Origin: Vicinamibacterales bacterium
Lineage (GTDB): Bacteria; Acidobacteriota; Vicinamibacteria; Vicinamibacterales; UBA2999
Length of the DNA stretch: 64,000 bases
NCBI GenBank assembly: GCA_036004405.1
Contig: DASYRM010000065.1
Coordinates: 5,674-69,673, forward strand
Reading direction: 5' to 3'
This document shows, in pieces, positions 47,388 to 57,913 of this stretch (positions are counted from its first letter, which is position 1; the number at the start of each line of letters is the position of its first letter). A program made the position numbers and the translations under genes. Under the pieces are notes generated by a model that did no database searches, was not told the origin of the DNA, and was given only the letters and a program-made list of their open reading frames with translations.

Positions 47388-48755
47388 TCAGACCAGCCTC
47401 GCCCTCAGTTTCTCCACCTCCTCCTTGAAGCTGCGCCCGCGGTCGGCGTAGTCGCGGAACCAGTCGAAGCTCGCGCACGCCGGCGCCAGCAGCACGACCC
47501 CCTCGTGACCCACGAGGTCGTAGGCGCGCGCCACCGCCTCGGCCATCGAGCCGGCGCGCACCACCGGCGGCCCACCCGCCATGGCGGCTTCCACCTGCGA
47601 CGCCGCGTCGCCGATCGCCACTACGCCGCGGCCGCGTCCGGCCAGCGCCTCCTTGAGCTCGCTCAGGTTTCCGCCCTTGTAGCGGCCGCCGATGATCGCC
47701 ACGACGCCGGCCTCGAAGCTCTCGATCGACTTCCGCGCGGCGCCGACGTTGGTGGCCTTCGAATCGTTCACGAAGCGCACCTTGCCGATGGTGGCCACGT
47801 GCTCCATGACGTGCTCGAGCCCGGTGAACCCGCGCACCGCCTGCTCGATGGAGCCCGCGCCGGCACCGGCCAGGTTGGCGGCCGCGGTGGCGGCCACGAT
47901 GTTGCCCAGCATGTGTTGGCCGGGCACCCGCACGGCGGTCACGGGCGCCAGGCGCTCGAACGTCGACCGGGTCTTGCGGCCGATCCATCCGTCGCTCACG
48001 GTGTAGCCATCGGGGATGTTGGGCGCCAGCGAGAACCACACGCGAGTCGCAAAACTCTGGGCGCTGTAGCGGACAACCGCAGGGTCGTCGGCGTTCACCA
48101 CCGCAAAGTCGCTCGGCACCTGGTTGGCGAAGATCCGCGCCTTGGCGTCGCCGTATTCCTGCAGGCTCGCGTGCCGATCGAGATGGTCGTCGGTGAGGTT
48201 GAGCCACACGGCCATCCACGGACGGAACGACGTGGTGGTCGCGAGCTGGAAGCTGCTCACTTCCACCACGTGCACGGTACGGTCGGTGGACGCCTCCACC
48301 TGCGCGCTGACCGGCACCCCGATGTTTCCACCGACCAGCACGTGCCGCCCGGCCGCGTCGAGCATGCGGCCGATGAGCGTCGTCGTCGTGGACTTGCCCT
48401 TGGTGCCGGTGATCGCGATCACCGGCCCCTTGAGCCACCGCCACGCCAGCTCCAGCTCGCCGATGATCTCGACGCCGCGGTCGCGCGCGGCGGCAAACAC
48501 CGGTTGCTCGAGCGGCACGCCGGGGCTCACCACCACGAGGTCTGCCTGGGCGAGCGTGCCCGGCTGATGACCGCCGGTCTCGATCTGGATCCCGGACGCC
48601 GCCAGGGCGCCGGCCTCGTCGAACGACGCGCGGCTCTCGCTGAGCGTCACGTGCGCCCCTCGCTTGCGCAGCAGTTCGGCCGCGGCAAGCCCGCTGCGTG
48701 CAGCCCCCACCACGACCACCTGGCGTCCCTCCACGGAGAAGTCATGCTGGGCCAT
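47388..48755 (-). CDS. murD: UDP-N-acetylmuramoylalanine--D-glutamate ligase
   Basis: Contains VVVVGAARSGLAAAELL and AITGTKGKSTTTTLI. Confidence 0.93.
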   Translation of the reverse strand: MAQHDFSVEGRQVVVVGAARSGLAAAELLRKRGAHVTLSESRASFDEAGALAASGIQIETGGHQPGTLAQADLVVVSPGVPLEQPVFAAARDRGVEIIGELELAWRWLKGPVIAITGTKGKSTTTTLIGRMLDAAGRHVLVGGNIGVPVSAQVEASTDRTVHVVEVSSFQLATTTSFRPWMAVWLNLTDDHLDRHASLQEYGDAKARIFANQVPSDFAVVNADDPAVVRYSAQSFATRVWFSLAPNIPDGYTVSDGWIGRKTRSTFERLAPVTAVRVPGQHMLGNIVAATAAANLAGAGAGSIEQAVRGFTGLEHVMEHVATIGKVRFVNDSKATNVGAARKSIESFEAGVVAIIGGRYKGGNLSELKEALAGRGRGVVAIGDAASQVEAAMAGGPPVVRAGSMAEAVARAYDLVGHEGVVLLAPACASFDWFRDYADRGRSFKEEVEKLRARLV

Positions 48756-48759
48756 GTGG

Positions 48760-49856
<1,097 letters not shown>

Positions 49857-49857
<1 letters not shown>

Positions 49858-51257
49858 CAGCCCCGCTCCTGCACGATGCGATCGGCCACGACGTCGCAGC
49901 GCGTGCCGCGCGAGCCCTTCACCAGCACCAGGTCGCCCGAGCGCAGCGCGGCGGTCACCGCCGGCGCCGCCTCGGCGCTCGAGGCGAAATAGGCGACGCC
50001 GTCGCGCGGCATGCCTGCGGCCACCGCCGCTTCGGCCAGCGACCGGGCCGGCGCGCCGCCGACGGCCACGATCAGCCGCAGGCCGGCCTCGGCCGCCGCG
50101 CGACCGCACGACTCGTGGAGCGCTGTGGCGTGATCGCCCAGCTCCAGCATCTCGCCGAGCACCGCCACCCGCCCGGCGGCCCGCGTTTCCCGCGCCATCA
50201 CCTCCAGCGCCCGCCGCAGCGCCGACGGGCTCGAGTTGTACGAGTCGTCGATGAGCGTGACGCCGTCCCGCAGGTGCTGCACGACGCCGCGGCGATCGGC
50301 GGGCCGCAGCGTGGCCGCGGTATCGCGGATGACCGGGAGGGCCACGCCGCACTCGAGTGCCACGGCGGTAGCGGCGAGCACGTTGGCCAGGTTGCCGCGG
50401 CCCAGCAGCGGCGTCGTCAGATCCATCGCCCCGGCCGGCGTCTCCACGCGGGCGCGCATCCCATCCCAGCCGAGGTCACGGATGTCGTGGGCCCGCACGT
50501 CGGCGTTCGCCGACTCGCCAAACGTGATCCGCCGCCCGGCAAAGCGCGGCGCGCGCGCCATCACGCGGGCGTCGTCGGCCGCGCACACGAGCACGTCGTC
50601 CGGGCGCGCCTCTTCCAGCACCTCGGCCTTGGCGTCGGCAATCGCGTCCACCGACGCGAAGAAGCCCACGTGGGCATCGCCCACGTTGGTCCACACGCGG
50701 ACATCGGGCTCGGCAATGCGCACGAGCGCGCGGATCTCTCCGGCGTGATTCATTCCCAATTCCATCACCGCCACATCCGGCCCGCTCGTCAGCTGCATGA
50801 GCGAGAGCGGCAGTCCGATGTGGTTGTTCAAGTTCCCCTTGTTCTTCACGACCCGGAACCGCGTGGCGAGCATCGCCGCAATCGATTCCTTCGTCGTCGT
50901 CTTGCCGGCGCTGCCGGTGATCGCCACCACCTTCGCGCCCGAGGCGACGCGTACCGCATGCGCCGCATCCTGCAGCGCCTGCAGCGTGTCGCCGACACCG
51001 ATGACGCCCTCGCCCGCGTCGGCGTGGGCGTCGGCCCACTCCCGCTCCACCACCACGCCCGCGGCACCGCGCGCCAGCGCCTCGGCCGCGAACGTGTGGC
51101 CGTCGAACCGCGGCCCGCGTAGCGCCACGAACAGGTCGCCAGCCGCCATCGCCCGGCTGTCGGTCACGACGCTGCGGACCGGCGTGTCGCCCCGCCCGAC
51201 CAAGGTGCCGGCCACCGCGCCGGCAATCCAGCCCAGCGTCAGCGGAACCGCACTCAC
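49857..51257 (-). CDS. murF: UDP-MurNAc-tripeptide--D-alanyl-D-alanine ligase
   Basis: GTG 51257 is in a GTGA overlap with the murE stop. Contains [14 protein letters not shown] and [12 protein letters not shown]. The track ORF reaching 52349 is over-extended. Confidence 0.9.
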
Positions 51258-52765
51258 CCGACCCCCGACGTCTGCCGCCGCGTACCGAGCGCGTCGCGCG
51301 CGACGGCCACGTCGTCGAAGGGATGGGTCGTGCCGCCGATCACCTGGTACTTCTCGTGCCCCTTGCCCGCGATGAGCACGACGTCGCCCGCGGCGGCTTC
51401 CGACACCGCCCGGCGGATGGCCTCGCCGCGATCGACCACCGTCACGACACGGGCGTTGCTCTGGCGCGTCTCCGGCTCGGCGCCGCGCATCACCTCTTCG
51501 ATGATCTGCGCCGGGTCCTCTCCGCGCGGGTTGTCCGAGGTGATGATCACGACGTCGCTGAGCCGCGCCGCCACCATGCCCATGAGCGGACGCTTGGTGC
51601 GATCGCGCTGGCCGCCGGCGCCGAACACCGTGATCAGCCGCCGGGTCGCCATCGGCCGGGCGGTCTCGAGCAGGTTGCGCAGCGCGTCGTCGGTGTGCGC
51701 GTAGTCCACGATCACCGTGATGTCGTCCTTCGGTCGCGACACCACCTCGAACCGTCCGGGCACGCCCTTGAGCCCCGCCATCCCCTTCTCGATCGCGTCG
51801 AGCGGGATGCCGATCGCGGCGGTCACGGCGGCGGCAGCGAGGATGTTGTAGACGTTTGGCTTGCCGACCAGCGTGGACTTGACGTGCACGACACCCTGCG
51901 GCATCCGCACGTCGAAGGCGAGGCCGTGAAGCGAGTACGACAGCGGGCCCGGCGTGACGTCGGCCGCCTTGCCGATGGCATAGGTGACGGGCGTCTCTGA
52001 GGCGTCCACCAGCGCGGCGCCGCGCGGATCGTCGAGGTTCACGACCGCCGGCGCCGACGGCGGCAGCAGCTCGAAGAGCCGGCGCTTGGCCGTGAAATAG
52101 CTCTCCATGTTGCCGTGGAAGTCGAGGTGATCGCGAGTGAGGTTCGTGAAGACGCCCGCCGCGAACTGCAGGCCGTCCACCCGGCGGAGCGCCAGCGCGT
52201 GCGACGACACTTCCATCACGCAGGCGCCGCAGGCTTCGTCGACCATCTCGCGCAGCAAGCCCTGCACCTCCGGCGCCTCGGGCGTCGTGCGTGCGGCCTC
52301 GATCTCGCGGTCGCCGATGCAGTAGGCCACCGTCCCCATCAGGCCGCATTTGATGCCGGCGGCCTCGAGGATGGCGCGCACCAGATAGGCGGTCGTGGTC
52401 TTGCCGTTAGTGCCGGTGACACCCACGACGCGCATGGAGCGGCTCGGATGGCCGTTGAACTCGGCGGCAAGCAGCGCCAGCGCCAGGCGCGGCTCGCTGA
52501 CCGGCAGCCACGCGACGCCGACCGCCGGAGCCACACCCTCGGAAGCGACGACGGCCGCGGCGCCCGCCGCCACCGCTTGCGGCACGAACGCCGCCCCGTC
52601 GGCGCGCAGCCCCTGCAGGGCGACGAACACGGAACCGGGGGTGACCGAGCGCGAGTCGTAGACGACGCCCGTGCAGGGCGCGTCGAGGCCGGGCGCGTCG
52701 AGCGCCGACCGCGCCTCGACAGGCACGAGCGCGGCAACCGACCGGAGGACGTCACGGACCGTCAT
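51254..52765 (-). CDS. murE: UDP-MurNAc-L-Ala-D-Glu--2,6-diaminopimelate ligase
   Basis: ATG 52765 is in an ATGA overlap with the ftsI stop. Contains VTGTNGKTTTAYL and TSDNPRGEDP. Confidence 0.92.
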   Translation of the reverse strand: MTVRDVLRSVAALVPVEARSALDAPGLDAPCTGVVYDSRSVTPGSVFVALQGLRADGAAFVPQAVAAGAAAVVASEGVAPAVGVAWLPVSEPRLALALLAAEFNGHPSRSMRVVGVTGTNGKTTTAYLVRAILEAAGIKCGLMGTVAYCIGDREIEAARTTPEAPEVQGLLREMVDEACGACVMEVSSHALALRRVDGLQFAAGVFTNLTRDHLDFHGNMESYFTAKRRLFELLPPSAPAVVNLDDPRGAALVDASETPVTYAIGKAADVTPGPLSYSLHGLAFDVRMPQGVVHVKSTLVGKPNVYNILAAAAVTAAIGIPLDAIEKGMAGLKGVPGRFEVVSRPKDDITVIVDYAHTDDALRNLLETARPMATRRLITVFGAGGQRDRTKRPLMGMVAARLSDVVIITSDNPRGEDPAQIIEEVMRGAEPETRQSNARVVTVVDRGEAIRRAVSEAAAGDVVLIAGKGHEKYQVIGGTTHPFDDVAVARDALGTRRQTSGVG

Positions 52766-54822
52766 TGACCGAACGCTTTCGGCACCGCCTCGGGCGTTCG
52801 CCGATCGAGCCACACACGCGCCGACACCGCGGCCACGATCGGCGTCCCCGGCAGCGGGCGTTGATCGGTGACGAGGCCGTGCCCGACGATCTGCACCGGC
52901 AGGCCAAGCGTCGCCAGCGTCCGCACCGCCTCGCGTCCGCTCATGCCTGTCAGATCGGGCACGACCGGATCCGAAGAGGTAGTGCCACCCGCCGGCAGCA
53001 CGCTCGGCGGCTCGGTGGGCCCGGATGCCGGCGTCGGCGCGTCGGGCTGCCCGCGATCGACGATGAGCGGCGGCGGCGCGTTGATGGTGCGCTGCACGCC
53101 GTAGTGCCGCAGCGCCTGTTCGGCAATGCGCTGGAAGATAGGGGCGGCCACGGTGCCGCCGTACGCGGGCACGCCGTGCGGCGAGTCCACCACGACGATG
53201 ATCGCGAACTTCGGCTTGCGCGACGGCGCAAAGCCGACGAACGACACGTTGTAGTTCGAGTGCCCCTTGTAGCTGCCGTTGACGACCTTCTTGGCCGTCC
53301 CGGTCTTGCCGGCAATCGTGTAGTCGGCGACCGCTGCCTGTTTACCGGTGCCCTCGGTGACGACGCCTTCGAGCATTGGCGTCAACCGGGCGGCCGTGTC
53401 CTTGCTGATGGCGCGCCCGAGCACCTTGCGCGGCACGGGGAGCCGCACGCCGTCCTTGACCACCGCGCGCACGATGCGCGGCTGGATCAGCTCGCCGCCG
53501 TTGGCCACCGCGCTCACGGCCGTCACCATCTGCAGCGGCGTCACGCCGACCTGGTAGCCGATGAGTGTCGTCGCGAACGCGCTGTCGGTCATCGCCGACC
53601 AGTCCCACAGGATGCCCGCGTTCTCGCCCCGGAAGTCCGGCGAGAGCATGCGCCCGAAGCCGAACCGTTTGACGTAACCGCCGAAGCGCTCCGAGCCGAG
53701 CCGCAGCCCCACCTTGATAGTGCCGACGTTGCTCGACTTTTCGACCACCTGCTGGAACGTGAGGACACCGTAGTGGTGGTCGTCGCGGATGACGCGCGTG
53801 CCGAAGTTGATCGTGCCGGAGCTCACGTCCACCAGATCGGTCGGCTTGACGACGTGCTCCTCGAGCGCCGCGCTGGCGGTGATGATCTTGAACGTCGATC
53901 CCGGCTCGTAGAGGTCCTGCACCGGGCGGTTGCGCCGCTCGTTGTCCTTGGCCTCGCGGTAGACGTTGGGATTGAACGTCGGGTAGCTCGCCATCGCGAG
54001 CACCTCGCCGGTGGCCGGATCCATCACGATGGCCGACCCGCCGGCGGCGTTGGCCCATTCGACGCCCGCCTTGAGCTCACGTTCGACGACGTGCTGGATG
54101 TTCTGATCGATCGTCAGCTCGAGCGTCGCGCCCATCGTCGGCGGCCGCTCCACCCGCAGGAACGCCTGCGTGCGCGCGTCCACCTGCACCAGCACTTTCC
54201 CCTGCTGGCCGCGGATGAGCGAGTCGTAGACGCCCTCGATGCCGGCCAGCCCGGCGTTGTCGATGCCGACGTAGCCGAGCAGGTGGGCCGCCAGCGCGCG
54301 ATTGGGGTAGAAGCGCCGGCTCTCTTTCAGGAACCCGATGCCGTCGAGACCGAGCGCCGCGACACGGCGCGCCTGCTCGGGCGAGGCCTGCCGGCGCACG
54401 TACGCGAAGGCCTTGCCGTTCTGCATCCGCTCGGCCAGCGCCTGCTGATCCTTGGCGCTGCAGTCGTCGAGCGCGCGGCAGAGCGCGCGCGCCGCGGCGC
54501 CCGGATCGCCGATGTCGGTGGGCACCGCGTAGATCGTGTCGGCGTCCACGCTGGTGGCGAGCACGTGGCCGTTGCGATCGACGATCTCGGCGCGCTTGGC
54601 CGGCGCCTCGATGGTGCGCAGCTGCTGTCGATCGGCCCTGGCGGCAAGATCTTTGTGCCGGATGACCTGCAGGTAGAACAGCCGGCTCTCGATCGCCACC
54701 GCCCAGAGGGCGATGACCGCCGCCGCCACCCACACGCGCTTCCGCAGCGTGGGCCGCCAGCGCGGCACGTCGTGGTCGCCGCGGGACGTGTCGGGGGAGA
54801 TGACCTCGTCCATGGCGGTCAC
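52762..54822 (-). CDS. ftsI: class B penicillin-binding protein (FtsI-type transpeptidase) with C-terminal PASTA-like domain
   Basis: An N-terminal TM segment is followed by SxxK (GSTFKI), SxN (KSSNVG) and KTG (GKTGTA). The C-terminal segment VPDLTGMSGREAVRTLATLGLPVQIVGHGLVTDQRPLPGTPI fits the PASTA pattern. Confidence 0.92.
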   Translation of the reverse strand: MTAMDEVISPDTSRGDHDVPRWRPTLRKRVWVAAAVIALWAVAIESRLFYLQVIRHKDLAARADRQQLRTIEAPAKRAEIVDRNGHVLATSVDADTIYAVPTDIGDPGAAARALCRALDDCSAKDQQALAERMQNGKAFAYVRRQASPEQARRVAALGLDGIGFLKESRRFYPNRALAAHLLGYVGIDNAGLAGIEGVYDSLIRGQQGKVLVQVDARTQAFLRVERPPTMGATLELTIDQNIQHVVERELKAGVEWANAAGGSAIVMDPATGEVLAMASYPTFNPNVYREAKDNERRNRPVQDLYEPGSTFKIITASAALEEHVVKPTDLVDVSSGTINFGTRVIRDDHHYGVLTFQQVVEKSSNVGTIKVGLRLGSERFGGYVKRFGFGRMLSPDFRGENAGILWDWSAMTDSAFATTLIGYQVGVTPLQMVTAVSAVANGGELIQPRIVRAVVKDGVRLPVPRKVLGRAISKDTAARLTPMLEGVVTEGTGKQAAVADYTIAGKTGTAKKVVNGSYKGHSNYNVSFVGFAPSRKPKFAIIVVVDSPHGVPAYGGTVAAPIFQRIAEQALRHYGVQRTINAPPPLIVDRGQPDAPTPASGPTEPPSVLPAGGTTSSDPVVPDLTGMSGREAVRTLATLGLPVQIVGHGLVTDQRPLPGTPIVAAVSARVWLDRRTPEAVPKAFGQ

Positions 54823-55211
54823 CGGCGGGCTACGACCGACCGTGGGGGAGGCGGCGTCTCGACGACGCGCTCGATCACCGACGAGTCCTCGGCACGCGGC
54901 GTCACCATGTGGAGCCGGCCGAGCGCGAGGCGTTCGATCCGTTCGGGCGCCTGCAGCGTCTGCGCCTCGAGCCGCAGGTGACGGTTCACCTCGGCCTCGG
55001 CGGCACGCTCCTGCTGCATCTGCTCGAGGCGGTAGCCGTTGCGGCGCAGCTCGAACTGCTGCCAGGCCCAGAAGAGCAGCACCGCGACGAGGAACACTCC
55101 GATCGCCACCGCGCGGACCATCTCGCGGTTCCGCTCCCGGTCGATCTCGCGCACGATCGGGTTGTTGCGGACGTCTTTCTTGATCGCGTATTCGAAGGTT
55201 TCGGCGGTCAT
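54819..55211 (-). CDS. ftsL: cell division protein FtsL
   Basis: 130 aa with a single TM (AVAIGVFLVAVLLFWAW) followed by a coiled coil. Position between rsmH and ftsI, with ATGA overlaps on both sides. Confidence 0.8.
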   Translation of the reverse strand: MTAETFEYAIKKDVRNNPIVREIDRERNREMVRAVAIGVFLVAVLLFWAWQQFELRRNGYRLEQMQQERAAEAEVNRHLRLEAQTLQAPERIERLALGRLHMVTPRAEDSSVIERVVETPPPPRSVVARR

Positions 55212-56089
55212 GGGGACACCTCCGCGGCGCGCAGCTTGGCGCTGCGTGCCCGGGGATTGCGTTCGATCTCCGCGTCAGCCGGTATCAGCGGCCGCTTGGT
55301 GAGCACGCGGAGGCCGCACTCGCCCGCCGCCTGCATCGAGCGCAGGACGTGCTTCACGATGCGGTCCTCCAGCGAGTGGAACGTGATGACGACCAGTCTC
55401 CCTCCGGGGCCCAGCCGGGCCGCGACGGCATGGAGACAGTCGCCCAGCCCTTCGAGCTCACGGTTGATCCAGATGCGCACCGCCTGGAATGTGCGCGTGG
55501 CGGGATCGATGCGCGTATAGCCGCGCTTCGGCACCGCGCGCCGCACGATCTCGGCCAGACGCCCCGTTGTCTCGATCGGCGCGACGGTCCTCGCCGCCAC
55601 GATCGCCCGCGCGATCCGCCGCGCGTGGCGGTCTTCTCCCAGTTCGTAAATCACGTCCGCCAGCGTCTTCTCGTCGGCCCCGGCCAGCGCCTCCGCGGCG
55701 GTCGGGCCGGCCGACGTGTCCATTCGCATGTCCAGCGGCTCGTCCCGCCGGAAGCTGAATCCGCGTCCCGGCTCGTCGAGCTGCATCGACGACACGCCCA
55801 GGTCGAGCAGGATCCCGTCCACCGCGCTCAGCCCTTCACCGTCGAGAATGGCCGGCAGCTGCCGGTAATCCCCATGCACCACCCGCGCCCGATCGCCGAA
55901 GTCGCGCAGCCGCTCGCGCGCCAGCTCCACCGCGGCGGGATCGCGATCGACGCCGAGGAGGCGCGACGCGCCCGCCTCGAGCACCGCCCGCGCATGGCCG
56001 CCGAGCCCGACCGTGCCGTCGACGAACACCCCGCCGCGCGACGGCTGGAGGTGCTCGAGCACTTCCGCGACCATGACCGGCTCGTGCAC
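55208..56089 (-). CDS. rsmH: 16S rRNA (cytosine1402-N4)-methyltransferase
   Basis: Contains HEPVMVAEVLEHL, DGTVGLGGHA, DLGVSSMQLD and ITFHSLEDR. Confidence 0.95.
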   Translation of the reverse strand: MHEPVMVAEVLEHLQPSRGGVFVDGTVGLGGHARAVLEAGASRLLGVDRDPAAVELARERLRDFGDRARVVHGDYRQLPAILDGEGLSAVDGILLDLGVSSMQLDEPGRGFSFRRDEPLDMRMDTSAGPTAAEALAGADEKTLADVIYELGEDRHARRIARAIVAARTVAPIETTGRLAEIVRRAVPKRGYTRIDPATRTFQAVRIWINRELEGLGDCLHAVAARLGPGGRLVVITFHSLEDRIVKHVLRSMQAAGECGLRVLTKRPLIPADAEIERNPRARSAKLRAAEVSP

Positions 56090-56125
56090 GTCACATCCGA
56101 TCCACGAGATCCAGGCGGCGTTACA

Positions 56126-56593
56126 CTAAATGCCGTGCTGGGACAGCAGCAGCCCGTCGTCGTCGGTCCACGGCTCACGGGCAAGCTTGTCCACGAACCG
56201 TTCCTCGTTCCACACCTCGAGGTAGTTGATGCGTCCCAGCACACGCACTTCACCCACGATCGCGGCGCGCTGCCGCAGATTCGGCGGAATCACCACACGC
56301 CCCTGCGGATCGAGCTCGCCCGGCTGGCCGAAGTAGCTGACGCGGTCGAGGAACTTTGCGAGCGCCGGGTGCTCCTTCGGCGCCTTGAGCACCCGCTCCT
56401 CCAGCTCAGCCCACACCTGCATCGGGTAGATCCGCACCGAATCGCCCTTGACGCTGGTCACGTACACATCCGCCCCGCTTCGCGCCTGCACCAGGCCGCG
56501 AAAAAGCGTGGGGATCTTGAGTCGACCCTTGTCATCGATGCGGGTCGACGCGCTTCCCCTGAAAACAGCGAGACCGAGACCACCAGGCTCCAT
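56126..56593 (-). CDS. mraZ: transcriptional regulator MraZ
   Basis: Contains two SpoVT/AbrB-like halves, FRGSASTRIDDKGRLKIP and LDPQGRVVIP. ATG 56593 was chosen; the track start at 56656 adds a non-homologous extension. Confidence 0.88.
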   Translation of the reverse strand: MEPGGLGLAVFRGSASTRIDDKGRLKIPTLFRGLVQARSGADVYVTSVKGDSVRIYPMQVWAELEERVLKAPKEHPALAKFLDRVSYFGQPGELDPQGRVVIPPNLRQRAAIVGEVRVLGRINYLEVWNEERFVDKLAREPWTDDDGLLLSQHGI

Positions 56594-56616
56594 AAAAAGC
56601 CACTTACGGCCACCGA

Positions 56617-56646
56617 ATGGTAAAGGTGCGGAAGTTGGGTTGTCAA
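56617..56646 (-). promoter_or_regulatory. candidate sigma-70 promoter for the dcw operon
   Basis: The minus strand reads TTGACA (56646..56641), an 18-nt spacer, then TACCAT (56622..56617), 23 nt before the mraZ ATG. This is a pattern match only. Confidence 0.3.
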
Positions 56647-56811
56647 TTGCAAACAACTGATCCGAAAGAGTTTCGTTCGTCTCTGGGCCTCCCTAGGTTC
56701 GTCTGATTTTCGCTTTCTCGTATCTTCGCCACAACCTGTCGCAGCCTCCCCTCCCGACCACCCGAGCCCTTGGTCAGCCGCACCCAGCCCACGTGCTAGG
56801 CTGAAACGCTC

Positions 56812-57903
56812 ATGCTTCGTGCCGCGTTGATCGGGTTCCCCTCCAGCGGAAAGTCCACCCTCTTTCAGCTCATGACCAGCGCCCGGGACGGATCGGGCGG
56901 CAAGGGCGACGTGCGGATCGGCATCTCGAAGGTGCCCGACGATCGTCTCGACGTGCTCACCGGCATGTACAACCCGAAGAAGCGCGTGCCCGCGACCGTC
57001 GAGTTCACCGACATCGTGGTCGCGGCAAAGGCCGGCGGCGCGCAGGCGCTCGTCGACGTCGCGAACTACAAGAACGCCGACGCGCTCGTGCACGTGGTGC
57101 GCGCGTTTCGCGACGAGACGGTGCCGCATCCGTCGGGCTCCGTCGATCCCGCGCGCGACGCGCAGGCGATGGAAGACGAGTTGATCCTCGCGGACCTCGG
57201 GGTGGCCGAGCGGCGTCTCGAACGGATCGAACGCGATCTCAAGAAGGGACGATCCGCCGAGCTCGAGCGGGAGCGCGACGTCGTGCAGCAGTGCAGGACC
57301 GCGCTCGAAGAGGGGCGCCCGCTGCGCACGCTCTCTCTCGCCGGCGACGATTTGAAGCGGCTGCGCGGCTTTCAGTTCCTGTCGGCGAAGCCGCTCCTGC
57401 TCGTCATCAATCTCGACGAGGCCGACGTGGCGGAGGTGGGCGCCGACGTCGAGCGCGCGGCGGCCAGGACCGGCCTCACCGGCTTCCTGTCGCACGCGGC
57501 CACGCGCGCCGTCGCGCTCTGCGGCAAGATCGAGCTCGAGATCTCACAGCTCGAACCGGCGGACGCCAAGGCGTTTCTCGCCGATCTTGGCCTCGCCGAA
57601 TCGGGGCTCGATCGCGTGATCCGCGCCAGCTACGACCTGCTCGGGTACATGTCGTTCTTCACGGTTGGCGAGGATGAGTGCCGCGCGTGGTCGATCTCCC
57701 GCGGCACGCCGGCGCAGCTGGCGGCGGGCGAAATCCACACCGACATCCAGCGCGGCTTCATCCGCGCCGAAGTCGTGGCCTACGGCGCGCTCACGGGGCG
57801 CGGCAGCATGACCGCGTGCCGCGAGCACGGCGAGGTCCGGCTCGAAGGCAAGGAGTACGTCGTCCAGGACGGGGATATCATCAACTTCCGCCACGCCACG
57901 TGA
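56812..57903 (+). CDS. ychF: redox-regulated ribosome-binding ATPase YchF
   Basis: The G1 motif is IGFPSSGKSTLFQ. The C-terminal TGS-like end is EGKEYVVQDGDIINFRH. Confidence 0.93.
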   Translation: MLRAALIGFPSSGKSTLFQLMTSARDGSGGKGDVRIGISKVPDDRLDVLTGMYNPKKRVPATVEFTDIVVAAKAGGAQALVDVANYKNADALVHVVRAFRDETVPHPSGSVDPARDAQAMEDELILADLGVAERRLERIERDLKKGRSAELERERDVVQQCRTALEEGRPLRTLSLAGDDLKRLRGFQFLSAKPLLLVINLDEADVAEVGADVERAAARTGLTGFLSHAATRAVALCGKIELEISQLEPADAKAFLADLGLAESGLDRVIRASYDLLGYMSFFTVGEDECRAWSISRGTPAQLAAGEIHTDIQRGFIRAEVVAYGALTGRGSMTACREHGEVRLEGKEYVVQDGDIINFRHAT

Positions 57904-57913
57904 TTCGCTGATC

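Noticed and set aside
52765-54981. 738-aa plus-strand ORF opposite ftsI/ftsL
   Set aside because: The minus strand carries the SxxK/SxN/KTG transpeptidase motifs. The plus-strand product is Arg/His/Asp/Ala-rich with no motif.
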